DNA of 64,000 nt from the human T2T-CHM13v2.0 reference genome, Homo sapiens. The notes beneath the pieces were generated by a model that had not been told where the DNA came from, ran no database searches, and saw only the letters and a program-made list of their open reading frames with translations. The stretch is from NCBI RefSeq assembly GCF_009914755.1, contig NC_060927.1; one strand, written 5' to 3'. Within the stretch, counting starts at the first letter, position 1. Each line of letters starts with the position of its first letter. The position numbers and the translations under genes were made by a program. This document shows, piece by piece, positions 57,801-64,000 of this stretch.

Positions 57801-59851
57801 TTTTGATCTTTGTTGGTTTAAAGTCTGTTTTATCAGAGACTAGGATTGTAACGTCTGCTTTTCTTTTTGCTCTCTATTTACTTGGTAAATATTCCTCCAT
57901 CCCTTTATTTTGAGCCTATGTGTGTCTTTGCACATGAGATGGGCTCCTAAATACAGCACACTGATGGGTCTTGACTCTATCCAATTTGCCATTCTGTGTC
58001 TTTTAATTGGGGTATTTAGCCCGTTTACATTTAAGATTAATATTGTTAAGTATGAATTTGATCCTGTCATTATGATGTTAGCTGGTTATTTTGGCCGTTA
58101 GTTGATGCAGTCTCTTCACAGTGTCGATGGTCTTTACAATTTGTTATGTTTTTGCAGTGTCTGGTATTGGTTTTTCCTTTCCATATTTGGTGCTTCCTTC
58201 AGGAGCTCTTGTAGTGCAGGCCTGATGGTGACAAAATCCCACAGGATTTGCTTGTCTGTAAAGGATTTTATTTCTTCTTCACTTATGAAGCTTAGTTTGG
58301 CTGGATATGAAATTTTGGGTTGAAAATATTTTTTTTTAAGAATGTTGAATATTGGCCTTCACTGTCTTCTGGCTTGTAGGGTTTCTGCAGAGAGATCCGC
58401 TGTTAGTCTGATGGACTTCCCTTTGTGGGTAACCCGACCTTTCCCTCTGACTACCCTTAACATTTTTTCCTTAATTTCAACCTTGGTGAATCTGATGATT
58501 ATGTGTCTTGGGGTTGCTCTTCTAGAGGAGTATTTTTGTGGTGTACTCTATATTACCTGAATTTGAACGTTGGCCTGTCTTGTTTGGTTGGGGGAGTTCT
58601 GAAGAGTGCTTTCCAACTTGGTTCCACTCTCCCTGTCACTTTCAGGTACATCAATCAAACATAGGTTTGGTCGTTTCTCATAGTGCCATATTTCTTGAAG
58701 TCTTTGTTTCTTTTCATTCTTTTTTCTCTACTCTTGTCTGCCTGCTTTATTTCATTAAGTTGATCTTCAATATTTGGTATTCTTTCTTCTGCTTGATCAA
58801 TTCAGCTGTTTATACTTTTGTATGCTTCACGAAGTTCTTGTGCTGTGTTTTTCATTTCCATCAGGTCGTTTATGTTCTTCTCTAAACTGGTTATTGTAGT
58901 TCAGAATTCCTCTAACCTTTTTTCAAGGTTCTTAGCTTTCTTGCATTGCATTAGAACATGCTCCTTTAGCTCGAAGGAGTTTGTTATTATCCACCTTCTG
59001 AAGCCTACTTCTGTCAATTTGTCAAACTCATTCTCCATCCAGTTCTGTTCCCTTGCTGGTGAGGAGTTGTGATCCCTCGGAGGAGAAGAGCCATTCTGGT
59101 TTTTTTGAATTTTTGGCTTTTTTGTGTTTCTTTTTCCTCATCTTCATGGATTTATCTTCCTTTGGTCTTTGATGTTGGTGATCTTTGTATGGGGTTTTTG
59201 CGTGGGCGTCCTTCTTGATGTTGATGCTATTGCTTTCGGTGTATTAGTTTTCCTTCTAACAGTTGGGCCTCTCTTTTGCAGGTCTGCTGGAGTTTGTGGG
59301 AGGTCCACTCCAAACCCTGTTTGCCTGGGTATCACCAGTGGAGGCTGCAGAACAGCAAAGATTTCTGCCTGCCTCTTTCTCTGGAAGCTTCATCCCAGAG
59401 GGGCACCTGCCAGATGCCAGCTGCAGCTCTCCTGTATGAGGTGTCTGTTGACCCCTGCTGGGCGGTGTCTTCCCATCAGGAGACAAGGGGGTCAGGGACC
59501 CACCTGAGGAGGCAGTCTGTCCCTTAGCAGAGCTCTAGCACCGTGCTGAGAGATCTGCTGTCCTCTTCAGAGCCAGCAGGCAGGAATGATTAAGTCTGCT
59601 GAAGTTGCACCCACAGCTGCCTTTTCCCCCAGGTGCTCTGTCCCAGGGAGATAGGAGTTTTATCTATAAGCCCCTGACTGGGCTGCTGCCTTTCTTTCAG
59701 AGATGCCCTGCCCAGAGAGAAGGAATCTAGAAAGGCAGCAGTCTGCCTACAGTGGCTTTGTGGCGCTGAGGAGGTCTCTGCCCAGTCGAAAATTCCAGGC
59801 TGTGGCTTTGTTTACACTGTGAGGGGAAAACTGCCTACTCAAGCCTCAGTA

Positions 59852-60082
59852 ATGGCAGACCTCCCTCCCCCCACCAAGCTGGAGTGTCCCAGATCAACTT
59901 CAGACTGCTGTACTGGCAGCGAGAATTTTAAGCCAGTGGATCTTACTTTGTTGGGCTCTGTTCAGGTGGATTCTGCTGAGCAAGACCACTCGGCTCCCTG
60001 GTTTCAGCCCTCTTTCCAGGGGGTGAACAGTTCTGTCTCACTTGTGTTCCAGGTGCCACTGGGGGAAAAAAAAGCCTCCTGA
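59852..60082 (+). CDS. ORF0-like antisense ORF (76 aa) in the L1PA7/8 5'UTR; expression unknown
   Basis: MADLPPPTKLECPRSTSDCCTGS resembles the L1HS ORF0 N-terminus MAGAPPPASLPPCSLISDCCAS; Kozak context GTAATGG. Confidence 0.45.
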   Translation: MADLPPPTKLECPRSTSDCCTGSENFKPVDLTLLGSVQVDSAEQDHSAPWFQPSFQGVNSSVSLVFQVPLGEKKAS

Positions 60083-60474
60083 AGCTAGCTCTGTGTCTGC
60101 CCAGTTTTGTGCTTGAAACCCAGGGCCCTGGTGCTGTAGGCAACCGAGGGAGTATCCTGGTCTGCGGGTTGTGAAGATGGTAGGAAAAGCATAGTATCTG
60201 GGCCGGATAGCACCCTTCCTCATGGCACAGTCCCTCATGGCTTCCCTTGGCTAGGGGAGGGAGTTTCCTGACCCCTTACACTTCCCGGGTGAGGCAATGC
60301 CTCACCTTGCCTCTGCTTGCCCTCCATGGGCTGTACCCACTGTCTAACCAGTCCCAATGAGATGAAATAGGTACCTCAGTTGGAAATGCAGAAATCACCT
60401 GCCTTCTGTATTGGTCTCGCTGGGAGCTGTAGACTGAAGCTGTTCCTATTTGGCCATCTTGTTCAGGAATCCAG

Positions 60475-62168
60475 TCCCACTGCTGCTTGTCAGTTTTTTC
60501 AAAGATCAGATAGTTGTAGCTGTGCAGTTTTATTTCTGCGTTCTCTATTCTGTTCTATTGGTCTACGCCTCTGTTCTCGTACCAGTACCATGCTGTTTTG
60601 GTTATGGTAGCCCTACTGTATAGTTTGAAGTAAGGGAGTGTGATGCCTTTAGCTTTGTTCTTTTTGCTTAGAATTGTCTTGGCTATTTGGGCTCTCTTTT
60701 GGTTCCATATAAATTTTAAAATAGTTTTTTTTTCTGATTCTGTGAAGAATGTCAATGGAGTTTAATGGGAATAGCACTGAATCTATAAATTACTTTGTGC
60801 AGTATGGCCATTTTCAAAATATTGAATCTTCCTATCTGTGAGCATAGATTTTTTTTTATTTGTTTGTGTCTTCTCTGATTTCTTTGAGCAGTGGTTTGTA
60901 GTTCTCCTTGAAGAGGTCCTTCACTTCCCTTGTTAGCTGTATGGCTAGGTATTTTATTCTTTTTATAGCAATTGTGAATGTGGGTTCCCTTGTGATTTGG
61001 CTCTCTGCTTGTCTATTGTTGGTGTATAGAAATGTTAGCGATTTTTTCACATTGATTTTGTATCCTGAGACTTTGCAAAGGTTTCATGATGAAGATGCCA
61101 AAAGCAATTGAAACAAAAGCAGAAATTGACAAATGGGAACTAATTAAACTCAAGAGCTTCTGCACAGCAAAAGAAACTATCAACAGGCAACCTACAGAAT
61201 GGGAGAAAAATTTTGTTATCTATTCATCTGACAAAGGTCAAATATCCAGCATCTATAAGGAACTTAAACAAATTTACAAAAAAAAAAAAAAAAAAACCAA
61301 AACAAACAACCCCATTAAAAAGTGGGCAAAGGATATGAACAGACACTCCTCAAAAGAAGACATACATGTGGTCAACAAACATATGAAAAAAAGCTTAACA
61401 TCAGTGATCATTAGAGAAATGCAAATCAAAACCACAATGAGATACCATCTCACACCAGTCAGAATGGCTACTATTAAAAAGTCAAAAAAACAACAGATGC
61501 TGGTGAGGTTGTGGAGGAAAAGGAACACTTCTACACTGTTGGTGGGAGTATAAATTAGTTCAACCATGTAGAAGACAGTGTGGCAATTCCTCAAAGACCT
61601 ACAGGCAGAAATACTATTTGATCCAGCAATCCCACTACTGGGCATATACCCAAAGGAATATAAATCCTTCTGTTATAAAGACACATGCACGCATGTGTTC
61701 ACTGCCTCAGTGTTTACAATAGCAAAGACATGGCATCAACCTAAATGCCCATCATTGATTGACTAGAGAAAGAAAATGTGGTACATATATACCATGGAAT
61801 ACTACACAGCCATAGAAAGGAATGAGACCAGGTCTTTTTCATGGACATGGAAGGGGCTGGAGGCCATTATCCTTAGCAAACTAATGCAGGAACAAAAACC
61901 AACTACCATGTATTCTCACTTATAAGTGGGAGCTGAATGATGAGAATACACGGACACCTGGAGGGGAACAACACACACTGGGGCCTGTTGGCGGGTGGGG
62001 GGGTGGGAGGAGAGAGAGTATCAGAAAGAAAAACTAATGAATACTGGACTTAATAACTGGGTGATAGGATGATCTGTGCCGCAAACCATCATGACACACC
62101 TTTACCTATATAACAAACCTGCACATCCTGCACATGTATCCTTGAACTTAAAATAAAAGTTGAAAAAA
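60475..62168 (+). mobile_element. Older L1PA (PA13-16-like) with 5' inversion (minus 60475-61076; plus 61075-62168)
   Basis: Strand switch at GAGACTTT-GC-AAAGGTTTCATG; 3' end GAACTTAAAATAAAAGTTGAAAAAA. Confidence 0.88.
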
Positions 62169-62194
62169 GAATAAGGCTTCTATCTTTCACCCAC

Positions 62195-62330
62195 ACATCA
62201 ATCCCAGAAACAAACTCTGAATGGCCCTATTTGGAGCGCATGCCTACTCCTGAAGTAATCCCTGTGATTGGGGGATGTGACACTATAAGTGGCCCAGCCT
62301 GAGCCACATCATATGTCCTCTTCTTTGGCA
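62195..62330. mobile_element. Old MLT1 (J/K/L-type) fragment
   Basis: CTCTGAATGGCCC...CATGCCTACTCCTGAA.TAATCCCTGTG...TGGCCCAGCCTG. Confidence 0.55.
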
Positions 62331-62572
62331 TCAATGTTAGAAGTCAGGACACCATAACAGAGAGGTCCACCAGTGGCTCATACACTATGACTACTGCTTG
62401 GGAGCAGAGAGGGATAAAGGCATAGAAGTGGCAGTAATGGGGATGTGTTGGTGGTGAAAGCAGATTTCACATTTTTTCTCTGTTTATTATTTTAATTTTT
62501 AATGAATAACTTGCATTCACACTATATATTTTTGAATAATAGTTTCTCACACCACATAAGAAAACGGGTATT

Positions 62573-64000
<1,428 letters not shown>

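Larger units (their letters stand above)
53259..60472 (-). mobile_element. Full-length L1PA7/8 with disrupted ORFs, interrupted at 54045-54839
   Basis: 3' end AAGTTCTGGGATACATGTGC; ORF2 start MTGSNS.LTIL.LNVNGLN; ORF1 remnants; YY1 site 60452-60460. Confidence 0.95.

Overview
Human, gene-poor, repeat-rich genomic DNA. Species is inferred from a human-specific L1HS Ta-1 copy; the chromosome cannot be determined from the sequence. I see no supportable host protein-coding gene, tRNA/rRNA or CRISPR array, and the recognisable long ORFs are L1 or MaLR remnants. 1-2761 is the 5' part of a minus-strand L1PA7/8 with an internal deletion. About 2.8-34.6 kb is older DNA carrying MIR, L2, Alu, MaLR LTRs, a complete THE1 provirus and DNA transposons. 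It also contains two repeat-free, motif-dense blocks (~11.9-12.6 kb and ~31.4-32.6 kb) that look like conserved developmental enhancers. About 34.7-64 kb is an almost continuous nest of L1 elements of many ages. Most notable: (1) the candidate deeply conserved enhancer at ~32.1-32.6 kb; (2) a very young, probably polymorphic L1HS Ta-1 about 3.7 kb from it; (3) a complete L1 3' transduction at 19435-19734; (4) a ~1.6-kb L1 palindrome formed by an insertion at its own homologous position; (5) five templated-insertion or fold-back scars, one copied from a donor ~1.2 kb away; (6) an open ORF0-like frame in an old L1PA7/8. Subfamily names come from recalled consensus motifs, not from running RepeatMasker, and boundaries of old repeats are approximate.
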